From Candidatus Zixiibacteriota bacterium (GTDB lineage: Bacteria; Zixibacteria; MSB-5A5; WJJR01), in the NCBI GenBank assembly GCA_036170655.1, contig JAVHPP010000104.1, positions 1-39,516 of the forward strand: 39,516 nucleotides of DNA, given 5' to 3'. The notes beneath the pieces were generated by a model. That model did not search any database. It was not told the DNA's origin and saw only the letters and a list, made by a program, of their open reading frames with translations. A program made the position numbers and the translations under genes. Positions 1 through 10,195 of the stretch are shown here, piece after piece (within the stretch, counting starts at the first letter, position 1; each line of letters opens with the position of its first letter).

Positions 1-129
1 CCAGGGCGTTGCCCTGGGCTGGTATAGAACGCCCCTTTCAGGGGCGCTGATTGTGACGACATGGATATTCTAGCGTGTCGTCTCCCAGGGCTTCGCCATG
101 GGCTGGTATAGAACGCCCCTATCAGGGGC
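1..129. repeat. Two tandem copies of a 45-bp double-hairpin REP-like element (1-45, 85-129); the first may be cut by the window edge
   Basis: ccagggcgttgccctgggctggtatagaacgcccctttcaggggc vs ccagggcttcgccatgggctggtatagaacgcccctatcaggggc: 41/45 identical, period 84. Each copy has a CCAGGGC..GCCCTGG-type and a GCCCCT..AGGGGC palindrome. Confidence 0.8.
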
Positions 130-171
130 TGGTCTGCTGCATCCTCCACCAGCCGGGCGCCAGCAGCGGCA

Positions 172-194
172 CGCAGCCGGGGCGGCTGCGCCAC
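172..194. repeat. Single REP-like hairpin CGCAGCCG-ggg-CGGCTGCG followed by CCAC
   Basis: Perfect 8-bp stem followed by CCAC (GTGG on the other strand), the palindrome-plus-tetranucleotide layout typical of REPs. Confidence 0.55.
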
Positions 195-244
195 ATCCTA
201 TCCCGATTATCCCGCTGTTGCGGCAGAGGGGTGCGGGTATGATG

Positions 245-299
245 TGGAGTGCGGCGGCTTGCCGCCGCTTTCAGAGCGCAGGCAAGCCTGCGCACTCCA
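245..299. repeat. Inverted pair of REP-like hairpins (REPIN-like doublet)
   Basis: Outer inverted repeat TGGAGTGCG (245-253) / CGCACTCCA (291-299) encloses GCGGCGGC-tt-GCCGCCGC (251-268) and GCGCAGGC-aa-GCCTGCGC (276-293). Confidence 0.7.
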
Positions 300-301
300 A
301 A

Positions 302-413
302 GTTGAAAAAGCCTCTCATCGTCATTCCCGCGCACGCGGGAATCCATTTTCTCCTTCGCCCCTCCCAGTGGACCCCCGCGTTCGCGGGGGTGACATCACG
401 AGGTATGGGCCGT
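302..413. repeat. ~110-bp palindromic dispersed element (GTCATTCCCGCG..CGGGAATCCA / TGGACCCCCGC..GCGGGGGTGAC type; RPE/REP-like), copy 1
   Basis: Two hairpins in inverted arrangement. 320-413 aligns ungapped to 20261-20354 with 84/94 identity (hand alignment). The element ends 3 nt from the ftsZ stop codon. Confidence 0.85.
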
Positions 414-416
414 GCG

Positions 417-1673
417 TCAGGTTTCGGCGATGGCGGGGGTCCCCAGCGGCGCGCGCTTCAGGTGCTTACGCACGAAGGCGGGCACCTCGAGATTCTCGGC
501 GTCGTCTTCGGCGGCGGAAAACGCGCCGGGGACCGCGGACGGCTGCGGGAGGATCGATGTTTCGCCCATATTCAAGCCCGCAATCCGGTTGGCGCTGGGG
601 ACGACACGACCGGCATTGAACAGGTCGATGGGCGATCCGGTGACGCGGACCAGCCCGGCCGTGCGAGCCGGCTTGGCCACGACTTCGCCAGCGGCCTGAG
701 TGCGGCGTTCGCCGTTTCCGCCAAAACCGGTGGCGATCACGGTGACGGTGATTTGGTCGGTGAGACGCGAGTCGATGACGGCGCCGAAGATGATGTTGGC
801 ATCGTCGCCGGCCGCTTCGGTAATAATCATCGTGGCCTCGTTGACATCATGCAACGCCAAGTCCGGGCCGCCGGTGATGTTGACCAGCACGCCGCGCGCG
901 CCGGAAATCGACACGTCTTCGAGCAGCGGGGAATGGATGGCGGCGCGGGCGGCCTCGCTGGCCTTGCCTTCGCCGGAGGCGCTGCCGGTGCCCATGATGG
1001 CGTCGCCCATTTCCTTCATCACGGTGCGGACATCGGCAAAATCGCAGTTGATCAGGCCCGGCGTGGTGATCAGATCGGCGATGCCCTTGGTCGCCTGATG
1101 CAGGGTCTCGTCGCAGAGAGAGAAGGCATCGAGCAGGCGCGTGCTCTTGTCGACAATCGACAGCAGCCGCTGGTTGGGAATGCAAATCAGCGTGTCGACG
1201 CGTTCCTTGAGTTCTTCGAGACCTTCTTCGGCCCGGGCGATGCGTTTTTTCCCTTCGAAATCGAACGGCCGGGTGACGATGGCGACGGTGAGGGCGCCCT
1301 GTTGCTTGGCGATTTCGGCGATCACGGGAGCCGCGCCGGTGCCGGTGCCGCCACCCATGCCGGCGGTGACAAAGACCATATCGGCGCCGGCCAGGGCCGC
1401 GCTGACGAGATCGCGGTCTTCATCGATGGCGCGACGGCCGACGATGGGATCGGCGCCGGCGCCCAAGCCACGGGTCAGTTTGGAGCCGATTTGAATGCGG
1501 CAGCCCGCCTTTGACTGCTCCAAATCCTGCGCATCCGTGTTGACAGTAAGGAACTCGACGCCGCGCAGACCAGAGTCGATCATCCGGTTGACGGCGTTGC
1601 CTCCGGCGCCGCCGACGCCGACCACTTTGATCTTGGCGGCCAGTTCATCTTCCATAGCCAGTTCGAATGTCAT
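417..1673 (-). CDS. ftsZ: Cell division protein FtsZ
   Basis: [14 protein letters not shown], tubulin signature [17 protein letters not shown]-terminal LEVPAFVRK peptide. Start moved to ATG 1673 with a GGGGAGG RBS. Confidence 0.99.
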   Translation of the reverse strand: MTFELAMEDELAAKIKVVGVGGAGGNAVNRMIDSGLRGVEFLTVNTDAQDLEQSKAGCRIQIGSKLTRGLGAGADPIVGRRAIDEDRDLVSAALAGADMVFVTAGMGGGTGTGAAPVIAEIAKQQGALTVAIVTRPFDFEGKKRIARAEEGLEELKERVDTLICIPNQRLLSIVDKSTRLLDAFSLCDETLHQATKGIADLITTPGLINCDFADVRTVMKEMGDAIMGTGSASGEGKASEAARAAIHSPLLEDVSISGARGVLVNITGGPDLALHDVNEATMIITEAAGDDANIIFGAVIDSRLTDQITVTVIATGFGGNGERRTQAAGEVVAKPARTAGLVRVTGSPIDLFNAGRVVPSANRIAGLNMGETSILPQPSAVPGAFSAAEDDAENLEVPAFVRKHLKRAPLGTPAIAET

Positions 1674-1734
1674 TTGCCCTCCCCTTTTGTGTTTCGCGTG
1701 GAAATGGTGAATAGTGAACATACTATGCGTTATC

Positions 1735-2961
1735 TTATAGGAACTCCGAAAATACCTGCCCGATCCGCGCCGTCATACGGTGAAAGACGCCGTGCGGCAG
1801 CGGGGCGGAACTGATGGCGGCGGTCGCGCGGGTGATCAACCCGATGGCGGTGATATTCGACGAGCCGCTGATCAGATCGTTCATGCCGAACATCTCGGCC
1901 GGACGTCCGATGCGCACCGGCAGGTCGAAAATCCGTTCCGCCAGTTCGGCCGCGCCGCCAATGGAGGCGCCACCGCCGGTGAGAACGACACCCGATGCCA
2001 GCATCTCGGTGATGGGCGCCTTTTGAATCTCGCCTTTGGCCAAGAGGAAGATCTCCTCGAGCCGGGGACCAATGATCGAGGCAATGACACGCTGCGAGAC
2101 TTCGCGCGGCGGTTGGTCGCCGACACCCGGAACGGGAATGGTTTCGGAGCCGGTGACCGTTTCCGCCAGCGCCGAGCCGGCGCTGATCTTGATCTGCTCA
2201 GCGGAGTCGATGGTCGTCCTCAAGCCAATCGCCAGATCGTTGGTCACATGGCGGCCGCCGAGGGCGATGGTCGAGGTGTGACGGACGGCGTCGTCGAAAA
2301 ACACGGCAATGTCGGTCAACCCGGCGCCGACATCGACCAAGGCCACGCCCATCTCGCGTTCACGCTCGGTCAGGACGGCATCGGCCGTCGCGAGCACCGA
2401 CAGACTCAGGGAGTCGAGCGTGTACCCGGCCTGCTCCACGCAGTGATGGATGTTATTCACCGCCAGCGCGGCGGCGGTGACGATATGCACCTCCACCTCG
2501 AGGCGCGAGCCGATCATGCCGACCGGATCTTTGATGCCACCCTGATCATCCACGATGAACTCGCGCGGCAGAACATGAATGACCTCGCGATCGGGTGGGA
2601 CAGGGACGGCACGCGCGGCCTGCATGACGCGTTCGACATCCTCTGCGGTAATCATGCCGCCCCGTTTCGAGACCGCCACGACGCCACGCGAATTGACGCT
2701 GCGAATGTGGTCGCCGGCGATGTTGGTGTGAATCGAACCCGGCGGCACACCCGCCATCAATTCGGCATCGGCAAGGGCACGGCGGATCGCGTCAGTGGTG
2801 CGGTCGAGATGCACGATCACACCACGGCGCAGGCCGGGCGACGGCGCCTGGCCGACCCCGACGATCTTGCACGATCCGTCCGAGTCAACTTCGGCCGTGA
2901 TCGCGGTCACTTGGGATGTCCCGATATCCAGACCGGTTATTGTGGAGAATGTCGCCGTCAT
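1735..2961 (-). CDS. ftsA: Cell division protein FtsA
   Basis: [25 protein letters not shown] and a C-terminal amphipathic helix. ATG 2961 overlaps the ftsQ stop (ATGA) and has a GGAGG RBS. Confidence 0.98.
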   Translation of the reverse strand: MTATFSTITGLDIGTSQVTAITAEVDSDGSCKIVGVGQAPSPGLRRGVIVHLDRTTDAIRRALADAELMAGVPPGSIHTNIAGDHIRSVNSRGVVAVSKRGGMITAEDVERVMQAARAVPVPPDREVIHVLPREFIVDDQGGIKDPVGMIGSRLEVEVHIVTAAALAVNNIHHCVEQAGYTLDSLSLSVLATADAVLTEREREMGVALVDVGAGLTDIAVFFDDAVRHTSTIALGGRHVTNDLAIGLRTTIDSAEQIKISAGSALAETVTGSETIPVPGVGDQPPREVSQRVIASIIGPRLEEIFLLAKGEIQKAPITEMLASGVVLTGGGASIGGAAELAERIFDLPVRIGRPAEMFGMNDLISGSSNITAIGLITRATAAISSAPLPHGVFHRMTARIGQVFSEFL

Positions 2962-3920
2962 ACGCCTCCCCTGTGAACATGCTTGGACTTGGATCTGTCT
3001 TTGGCCTTTGCTTTCACTTTCACTGTATCCTTCGTCATCGTTTTCATCCCTGGTTTCGGACTGTGTTTGGCCGTCACCTTTGCGGGAGTGGCGCTCGCGA
3101 CGCTCACGCGGCGTGATTCCGTGGCGACGGCAGAATCGGAGTCCGTCCCGGCCGGTCTCGGGTTGCGCGAGACGATCATCTGTCCATCGAAACGCGCGTC
3201 GACGACACACGGCTGCGTCAGAACGGTGTCGGACCGCCCCAGCAGTGTGGACACGTTCAGCGCGCGGGCGGTCAGATCATTCCAGCCCAAGTGGACGCGT
3301 GTCTGACCATCGATGCCAACCATCGTCCACCCTGTCCGGGGATTCCATCCCCACTCGGAGATGGCACCGGTGAAGCGGGGGTCGGCCGCCGTGACCTCTG
3401 CCCACGCACCGGCGGCATGGGAGCGATCCATGGCAGGCGAGCCATCCCCATCGCCCAGCGCACGACGCCAGATTGGCGCGGTCTTTTCCACGGCGGGAGT
3501 CACCAGCAGCGAACCATCGACACCAACCCCCATCCCGCTCTCCGTCCAGAGCGTGAGGGGCGTTGGGACAACGTCGATTGACAAAATGCCGGGGAGCGCG
3601 AGACCGGCGCGGCAGGTGGCCAACGAGCCAAATTCGGCCGCGAGACGCGCCTGCAGATCGCCTGTGTTCACACTGAAGATATTGGAATCCACTGGGAGCG
3701 ACGTCTGCACAACACCCAAGACCCGTGATTCCCAAATGCTGGGGCCGTTGATGACAACCTGACGAATCTTCAGCACAGGCCAGCGTTGAGCGGCAAGGGC
3801 GGCGCCGAGAACCAGCACATCGAGTGTGATGACCCACAGGCGCCAGCGGCGCCACCAAGGGCGACGCGGCGCGGCTCTTTCGCGCCGAATTGAGACTATG
3901 GCCGGCACCGCCGCTTTCAT
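2958..3920 (-). CDS. ftsQ: FtsQ/DivIB-like cell division protein (divergent, Lys-rich C-terminal tail)
   Basis: Lies between murC and ftsA. Basic N-terminus, one TM helix, POTRA-like segment (IRQVVING..NIFSVN) and the D-x-R-F motif (VDARFDGQMIV). Confidence 0.85.
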   Translation of the reverse strand: MKAAVPAIVSIRRERAAPRRPWWRRWRLWVITLDVLVLGAALAAQRWPVLKIRQVVINGPSIWESRVLGVVQTSLPVDSNIFSVNTGDLQARLAAEFGSLATCRAGLALPGILSIDVVPTPLTLWTESGMGVGVDGSLLVTPAVEKTAPIWRRALGDGDGSPAMDRSHAAGAWAEVTAADPRFTGAISEWGWNPRTGWTMVGIDGQTRVHLGWNDLTARALNVSTLLGRSDTVLTQPCVVDARFDGQMIVSRNPRPAGTDSDSAVATESRRVSVASATPAKVTAKHSPKPGMKTMTKDTVKVKAKAKDRSKSKHVHRGGV

Positions 3921-5332
3921 GAAGAGACCTCCACGGCGCTGAGCCGTGACAGGATCTTCGGCGCCATCCGGTAGATGGACCCGGCGCCGATCGTCATGAC
4001 CAGATCACCGGGCTGCGCCATCTGGACCGCCAGCGGGACGACGTCGTCGAGCTGCTGGGTCACATGACGACCGAGCGGCATGTCGTGTCCCGTCAGGGCA
4101 TCGCCGATCAGCGACGACGTCACTCCGGGCATGGGTTGTTCGCGCGCGGGATAGATCGGCGCCAGAATGACACCGTCGGCATGGGACAATGCCTGCGCAA
4201 ACTCCCGATAGAAATCACGCGTCCGTGAATACAGATGGGGCTGGAAAATGGCGACCAGCCGCCCCTTTCCCTCCAGCCAGACACGTCCAGCGGCCAGGGC
4301 CGCGCGCACCTCCGTGGGGTGATGACCGTAGTCATCGACGACCGTCACGCCGCCCTGCGTTCCGATTAACTCGAAGCGACGCCCCACGCCGGTGAAGGTC
4401 GCCAGCGCTTCGCGCAGCACATCGAAGGGGATTTCGATTTCGAGCGCGACGGCGCTCGCCGCGAGGGCGTTCTCGACGTTGTGGCGCCCGGGAAGGTTGA
4501 TCTCGATTTCTCCCAGCCGCTCCCCATCGCACCAAAGATCGAAGCGGCCGCCGCGTTTCGTGAGCTTCATGCCCTCAGCCCGGATATTGGCTTCGGGGGT
4601 GAAACCATACGTGCGGTGGCGCCGGTTGATGCGGGGCCCCAGCGTCGAGAGAGCGGGGGAATCGATGTTGGTCAGGACCGCACCATAGAAAGGCACGCGG
4701 GCGAAGAACTGGACAAAGTTGTCTTGCAGGTCCGCCAGACCTGTGTAGCAGTCGAGGTGGTCTTCTTCAAGATTCGTGGCGAGCGCAATGGTCGGGTGCA
4801 ACACCAGGAACGAGTGGTCGTATTCATCGGCCTCGGCCACGAGGTACTCGCCCTGCCCGACTTGCGCGTTGGCATCGAGACTGATGACGCGTCCGCCGAC
4901 GATCACGGTGGGATCGAGGCCGGCCCGCATCAGGATATGACCGATCATCGAGGTGGTAGTGGTCTTGCCATGAGTCCCGGCCACACCGATGGAGAACTTC
5001 AGACGCATCAGTTCACCCAGCATCTCCGCACGGCGGATCACCGGTATACCGGAATGCTGCGCGGCCTGGACTTCCGGGTTGTCGCGCGTGATAGCCGAGG
5101 AGATCACCACGACGTCGGCGCCGACGATATTCAGGGCGGCGTGCCCGATGTGAATCGGGATGCCAAGATGACGGAGGTGGCCGATCGTCTCGGAATCAGC
5201 CATATCGGAGCCGGTGATGACGAATCCCATCGCCGTCAGAACTTCCGCGATTCCCGACATCCCCGCCCCACCGATACCGACGAAGTGCAGCCGTTTGACG
5301 CGACGCGCCCACATGGGACTAATGTTCCCCAC
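3917..5332 (-). CDS. murC: UDP-N-acetylmuramate--L-alanine ligase
   Basis: HFVGIGGAGMSG, GTHGKTTT, EADEYD, DDYGHHPTE, FQPHLYSRT. GTG 5332 follows GAGGA; alternative ATG at 5314. Confidence 0.98.
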   Translation of the reverse strand: MGNISPMWARRVKRLHFVGIGGAGMSGIAEVLTAMGFVITGSDMADSETIGHLRHLGIPIHIGHAALNIVGADVVVISSAITRDNPEVQAAQHSGIPVIRRAEMLGELMRLKFSIGVAGTHGKTTTTSMIGHILMRAGLDPTVIVGGRVISLDANAQVGQGEYLVAEADEYDHSFLVLHPTIALATNLEEDHLDCYTGLADLQDNFVQFFARVPFYGAVLTNIDSPALSTLGPRINRRHRTYGFTPEANIRAEGMKLTKRGGRFDLWCDGERLGEIEINLPGRHNVENALAASAVALEIEIPFDVLREALATFTGVGRRFELIGTQGGVTVVDDYGHHPTEVRAALAAGRVWLEGKGRLVAIFQPHLYSRTRDFYREFAQALSHADGVILAPIYPAREQPMPGVTSSLIGDALTGHDMPLGRHVTQQLDDVVPLAVQMAQPGDLVMTIGAGSIYRMAPKILSRLSAVEVSS

Positions 5333-6425
5333 GTATTCCTCTTTCAGCAAGGGAAATGACATAGTCAGCGATGCGATCAGCGGCATCGGGATGACCCACG
5401 GCGCGACTGGCCTGCGCCATGGCTTCGATCCGTGCCGGATCAGACAGGAGGGTGATGGCTTCAGCCAGCAGGCTGACATTGGGCAGACGATCGTCCGCGT
5501 ACATCACGGCTCCGCCGGCCTCAACCAGAACGCGGGCGTTGTGCGTCTGGTGGTCGCCGGTGGCAAATGGAAACGGAACGAGAATCGCCGGACGCCCAGC
5601 GGCGGCGATCTCGGAGATGGTCAGCGCTCCGGCGCGCGAGACAATCACATCAGCGGCGACAAACGCTTCAGTCATCGCGTCGCTGAACTCAAATTCGCGG
5701 ACTGTCCACCCAGAAGCTGCCTGACCGTTCCACTCCGCGCGATGGCGTCCGGTCTGCCAGAGCACGGTCACTGGCGGCCACGGGCATGGCTGGTGCAGTC
5801 CCACCGCGATGTTCTGATTGATCGAGCGTGCGCCGCCCGATCCGCCGGTGACCAGGATGACCTTCTCGTCTTGCGTCAATTTCCACTGCTGACGCGCCAG
5901 TGTCCGCGTGAGCATCGCCAGACGCGGATCGACTGGATTCCCGACGATCGCGATGGGCCGCGCAGTGCGCAGCCGGTCTCGTGTTTGCTCGAAAGCGGCG
6001 AACACCGTGTCAGCAGCGCCCGACAGCCAGCGTGTGGCCAATCCAGGGAGACGGTTTTGCTCCTGGAGAACGTAGGGGATTCCACGGGACCGGGCCGCAC
6101 GGATGGGAAAGTATGACGCATACCCGCCGCAACCAACAGCGACATCGGGACGGAATGCGGCCACGGCGCCGCCTGCCATCCGCCAGGCCTTCACATTGCA
6201 CCAGAGGGCGCTGACATTCCGCCACACCTTGCCTCGCGAAAAACCACGGGCCGGGAGTCCAAAATAATGGTAGCCGCGTTTGACGATCACCGTTTCTTCC
6301 AATCCCCGATCACTGCCAACAAACAGGAACTCAACATCATGACGCTGCCGCTGTATCGCCTCGGCGATACGGACCGCGGGAATCAGATGTCCGCCGGTCC
6401 CGCCCGCCGCCATCAGCACGCGCAT
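5319..6425 (-). CDS. murG: Undecaprenyl-PP-MurNAc-pentapeptide N-acetylglucosaminyltransferase
   Basis: GGTGGH, GGYAS, EQN, GNPV, GGSGGA, SRAGALT, HQTHNA motifs. Confidence 0.98.
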   Translation of the reverse strand: MRVLMAAGGTGGHLIPAVRIAEAIQRQRHDVEFLFVGSDRGLEETVIVKRGYHYFGLPARGFSRGKVWRNVSALWCNVKAWRMAGGAVAAFRPDVAVGCGGYASYFPIRAARSRGIPYVLQEQNRLPGLATRWLSGAADTVFAAFEQTRDRLRTARPIAIVGNPVDPRLAMLTRTLARQQWKLTQDEKVILVTGGSGGARSINQNIAVGLHQPCPWPPVTVLWQTGRHRAEWNGQAASGWTVREFEFSDAMTEAFVAADVIVSRAGALTISEIAAAGRPAILVPFPFATGDHQTHNARVLVEAGGAVMYADDRLPNVSLLAEAITLLSDPARIEAMAQASRAVGHPDAADRIADYVISLAERGIRGEH

Positions 6426-6432
6426 CGCGTAC

Positions 6433-7593
6433 CTACCACGCACCCCTCCGGAAACGGGATACATTCAAGACAATCCCCCACGCTGCCGCGGTGCACAAAA
6501 GGGACGATCCCCCATAACTCACAAATGGCAACGGCAACCCGGTCGCCGGCGACAAGCCGGTGACGACAGCCGCATTCAGCCCCGCGTTCACGAGCAAGGA
6601 CCCACCGATCCCAATGACAAGAAGATATCCGAAGCGATCGGGAGCACGCACGGCAATCTTCCAACCCCGGAAGACGAGGACGGCGAAGGCAGCGAGCACA
6701 CTGGTGATCCCCAGCAGTCCCAGTTCTTCACCGACCGAAGCGAGGATGAAGTCGGTGTGCGGCTCGGGCAGGTAGAGCATCTTCGACCGCCCGTTGCCAA
6801 GACCTTTGCCCAGCAATCCTCCCGATCCCAGCGCGATCTTGCTCTGCCGGACCTGATATGAACCGCCGGTTCCGGTCAGTCCCTCGCGCCAATCGTCGAC
6901 GCGCGCCTTCTTGTAGCCGAATCCAAAAACCAGTATGACCGCAGCCAGAATGGCGAGGCAGACAGCGGGCATGATATGGCGCCAGCGGACTCCGGCCGCC
7001 ACCAGCATGATACCGACGGTCGCCCAGATCGTCAGCACGCCGGAAAACTCCGGTTCCAGGAGAAGGAGACCGGTGCCGACCGCCAGTACCGCAATGAGAA
7101 CGATCCAACGCTTGAGATGAACGATCTCTTCACCGCGTTTAGCAAGGAATGACGCCGCGTACACAATCATCGTTAACCGAAAGGCTTCGAGCGGCTGCAA
7201 ATTAAACCATCCCAGCGACAGCCAGCGATGCGCACCATTCACGGGTGAAAAGAACAGGACGACGATCAATCCGGCGAACCCCGCCAGCAGCAGTCCCGGG
7301 GCCATTTTTTTCAGACGTTTGTAGTCGTAGCGGGAAAAGAAGAGCATCAGTCCAGTGGCCAATCCCCACCAGATCAATTGCCGTTTCCAAAAGAACGCGG
7401 CGGCGCCATAACGTTTTTCGGCCAACATCACGGAGGATGAAAGCACCATCACGATTCCAGTGGCCATCAGAGCCATAGCCGGCATCCAGATCCAGTGGTC
7501 CGTTCGGGGCGTCGATGCACGCAACCCGGTCGCCGAAGAACCCACATTGGACATTTCCGCCGAGATAGGAAACGGTGAGAGGGGTGATGACAT
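6433..7593 (-). CDS. ftsW: SEDS family peptidoglycan polymerase FtsW
   Basis: Multi-TM protein with GAHRW, LQP.E, LPEPHTDFI and GLPLPFVSYGGSS, at the usual dcw position. Confidence 0.96.
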   Translation of the reverse strand: MSSPLSPFPISAEMSNVGSSATGLRASTPRTDHWIWMPAMALMATGIVMVLSSSVMLAEKRYGAAAFFWKRQLIWWGLATGLMLFFSRYDYKRLKKMAPGLLLAGFAGLIVVLFFSPVNGAHRWLSLGWFNLQPLEAFRLTMIVYAASFLAKRGEEIVHLKRWIVLIAVLAVGTGLLLLEPEFSGVLTIWATVGIMLVAAGVRWRHIMPAVCLAILAAVILVFGFGYKKARVDDWREGLTGTGGSYQVRQSKIALGSGGLLGKGLGNGRSKMLYLPEPHTDFILASVGEELGLLGITSVLAAFAVLVFRGWKIAVRAPDRFGYLLVIGIGGSLLVNAGLNAAVVTGLSPATGLPLPFVSYGGSSLLCTAAAWGIVLNVSRFRRGAW

Positions 7594-9032
7594 CAGGTGT
7601 GTGATCCTTCCTTCGCCAGGTTCCAGACGAGTTGCTTAAAGACTCTTCCCCGATGTTCATAGTTGTCGAACTGGTCGAAACTAGCGCAACCGGGCGAGAG
7701 CAGGACGATATCGCCGGGCTGGGCGAGCTCGACAGCCTCGGCAAAGGCATCGTCGAATCGTGCCGCCGTCCGGTAAGGGATCTCAGCACCCAATTCCACT
7801 TCAAGTTTGGGAGCGGCCTTGCCGGTGAAAACGAGGGCCCGGGCACGCGCCTTGAGTTCGGGGACAAGACAAGCAAAATCGGTCCCTTTGTCGAGACCTC
7901 CCATCAGGACAACCAGCGGCCGGTTAAATGACAGAATGGCCTTGGCGACCGCATCGGGATTTGTCCCCTTGGAATCGTTCACGAACGTCACGCCACCGAC
8001 AACGGCAACGTGCTCCAAACGGTGCTCGACCCCCTGAAATGCGGCCAATCCCGGTCCGATATCGTGTGGCGCGAGACCGTCGGCCAGCGCTACGGCAACA
8101 GCCGCCGCCGCGTTCATGCGATTGTGGTTGCCGGGGGGAATGAGACGATCTGATCCTGGGATCACCCCCCGAGTCTTTCCGGTGTCAAACTCCAGGTGGT
8201 CGCCAGCCAGCCAAACACCGGGGCTCACCGGACCACGAGCAGAGAACCACCAGCGGCGTCCGCGCCCGCTGGGACGTTCTTTTTCCCAAGCCATTAAGGC
8301 TAGGTCATCGCTGTTCAGGATCGCGACATCAACAGGAGTTTGATTTTCGAAAATGCGGAATTTCAGGCGAATGTACTCATCGTACGATCCATGGCGGTCA
8401 AGATGATCCGGTGACAGATTCAGGAGCACAGCGATATGCGGCCGGAATTCCTGAATGCGCTCCAACTGGAATGTTGAGACTTCGAGGATGGCACGCTGAT
8501 CCGCCTTCAGCCCGGCGGCAAACTCTGAGAAAGCACGGCCAATGTTGCCGCCGACTTCGGCCTCACGACCTGCTTCCCGGTAGATACTTCCGAGCCAACC
8601 CGTCGTCGTGGTTTTGCCATTTGACCCTGTGATTGCAAGGGTGGGTGCATGAGACAGCCAGTAGGCGACTTCCAGTTCGGAGAGGATGGGGATACCCCTC
8701 TCTGTAGCGGCGCGCAGAAGAATGTTCCCCGGCAATACCCCCGGACTGGCGACAACGAAATCGACACCTGCGACCTTCTCTACCGAGTGGCCACCGGTTT
8801 CAAACGCAATGCGGTTGGCGGTAAGAGCGGAGATCGCCGCCGCAACCGCGCGTTCCTCTTTCATTTCGGAAACGAAAACGCGAGCTCCTGCCTGGGTCAA
8901 CATGAGGGCCGCGGCCAGACCGGACCGCGCCATGCCCACAATCAGGATGGATCGGCCTGTCACCCGGTCAGACAGGGCGCCGTATTGGTCACCCAGCATC
9001 TTGCGATCGTCCATGGCGGTGGCAAAGATCAT
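7593..9032 (-). CDS. murD: UDP-N-acetylmuramoyl-L-alanine--D-glutamate ligase
   Basis: GMARSG, SPGV, ITGSNGKTTT, GGNIG, EVSTFQL, DHLDRH, NDSKGTN, SPGCASFDQF. The start could be ATG 9014. Confidence 0.98.
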   Translation of the reverse strand: MIFATAMDDRKMLGDQYGALSDRVTGRSILIVGMARSGLAAALMLTQAGARVFVSEMKEERAVAAAISALTANRIAFETGGHSVEKVAGVDFVVASPGVLPGNILLRAATERGIPILSELEVAYWLSHAPTLAITGSNGKTTTTGWLGSIYREAGREAEVGGNIGRAFSEFAAGLKADQRAILEVSTFQLERIQEFRPHIAVLLNLSPDHLDRHGSYDEYIRLKFRIFENQTPVDVAILNSDDLALMAWEKERPSGRGRRWWFSARGPVSPGVWLAGDHLEFDTGKTRGVIPGSDRLIPPGNHNRMNAAAAVAVALADGLAPHDIGPGLAAFQGVEHRLEHVAVVGGVTFVNDSKGTNPDAVAKAILSFNRPLVVLMGGLDKGTDFACLVPELKARARALVFTGKAAPKLEVELGAEIPYRTAARFDDAFAEAVELAQPGDIVLLSPGCASFDQFDNYEHRGRVFKQLVWNLAKEGSHT

Positions 9033-9058
9033 ATCATTAAACAGAATAATTACTCAAA

Positions 9059-10144
9059 CTACCGGATCTTAAGAGTGGACAGCGTTATCAGCGCAAAGAT
9101 TGCTCCCAATATCCAAAACCGGACGACCACTTTGGACTCCGGCCATCCCAGCAACTCGAAGTGGTGATGGATGGGCGCCATACGGAACACACGGCGTCCG
9201 GTCCAGCGGAAATACCCCACCTGGATGATCACTGACAGGGCTTCGGCAACAAAGACACCACCAAGAATCACGAGCAGGAGCTCCTTCTTGGTAAGAATCG
9301 CCAGCGCCCCGAGAGCGCCTCCCAGCGCGAGCGCCCCGGTATCCCCCATGAACACTTCCGCGGGGTGCGCATTGAACCAGAGAAACCCCAGCGCGGCCCC
9401 CAGCGCCGCGCCGCAGTAGATCGTGAGTTCACCCACACCGGGCAGATACGGGATCGCCAGATACCGCGAGAAGACGGCGTGGCCCGAGACATACGATATT
9501 CCCGCAAAAGCCAGGAAGGCGATGCCCGAAAGGCCGATCGCGAGGCCATCCAAGCCGTCTGTCAGATTCACCGCATTGGACGTGCCCGCAATAATGATGA
9601 GCACAAAGGGAATGAAGAAGATCCCGAGGGGCAGGACGAGATTCTTGAAGAAAGGAATATCTGTCTCCGTGGTGAATTGGGGCGTCGGCGGCCACGCGTA
9701 GAGGATTACCCCCAGGATCAGGCCGAGAACGAGCTGCCCGGCCATCTTTTTCTTCGCCACAAGTCCTTTCGACTGACGGCGCACGACCTTGAAATAATCA
9801 TCGACCCAGCCGATGATTCCCATACCTACCGTCACACCAATAATCAGTTGAATATAACGATTGGTAAGATCGGCCCAAAGCAGCGTGGGCAGAAGAATGG
9901 CGGATAAGACGATGAGACCACCCATGGTCGGAGTCCCCTCCTTGGCCAGATGCGTCGGGGGACCTTCTTTGCGGATCGACTGGTTCACCTGATGCCGCTT
10001 GAGAGCGGCAATGATATATGGCCCCAGCCAGATGGAGATGATCAGCGCCGTCACCACAGCATAGGCGGCACGAAAAGTGATATACCGAAACAGATTGAAC
10101 ACGGAGACCGAATCGTGCAAAGGATAAAGGAGATGGTAGAGCAT
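9059..10144 (-). CDS. mraY: Phospho-N-acetylmuramoyl-pentapeptide transferase
   Basis: KEGTPTMGG, DDY, NAVNLTDGLDGLA, FMGDTG, MAPIHHHFE. Confidence 0.99.
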   Translation of the reverse strand: MLYHLLYPLHDSVSVFNLFRYITFRAAYAVVTALIISIWLGPYIIAALKRHQVNQSIRKEGPPTHLAKEGTPTMGGLIVLSAILLPTLLWADLTNRYIQLIIGVTVGMGIIGWVDDYFKVVRRQSKGLVAKKKMAGQLVLGLILGVILYAWPPTPQFTTETDIPFFKNLVLPLGIFFIPFVLIIIAGTSNAVNLTDGLDGLAIGLSGIAFLAFAGISYVSGHAVFSRYLAIPYLPGVGELTIYCGAALGAALGFLWFNAHPAEVFMGDTGALALGGALGALAILTKKELLLVILGGVFVAEALSVIIQVGYFRWTGRRVFRMAPIHHHFELLGWPESKVVVRFWILGAIFALITLSTLKIR

Positions 10145-10195
10145 GAGTGGTGTCCCTGTAAGCGACAGCAGCGAACCAAGCCGCCGCTGGCTAAT

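Noticed and set aside
1..129. CRISPR array (45-bp repeats with a 39-bp spacer)
   Set aside because: Only two copies with four mismatches, a double-hairpin REP-like structure, no cas genes or leader, and other REP-like units alongside. The sequence left of the window was not seen.
98..619. 173-aa + strand ORF across the repeat region
   Set aside because: It translates through palindromic repeats and antisense ftsZ, and is Arg/Pro-rich with no recognisable motif.
249..2976. Long + strand ORFs (249..1514, 1780..2976) antisense to ftsZ and ftsA
   Set aside because: Shadow ORFs expected from GC-rich codon bias of the real genes; no recognisable motifs.
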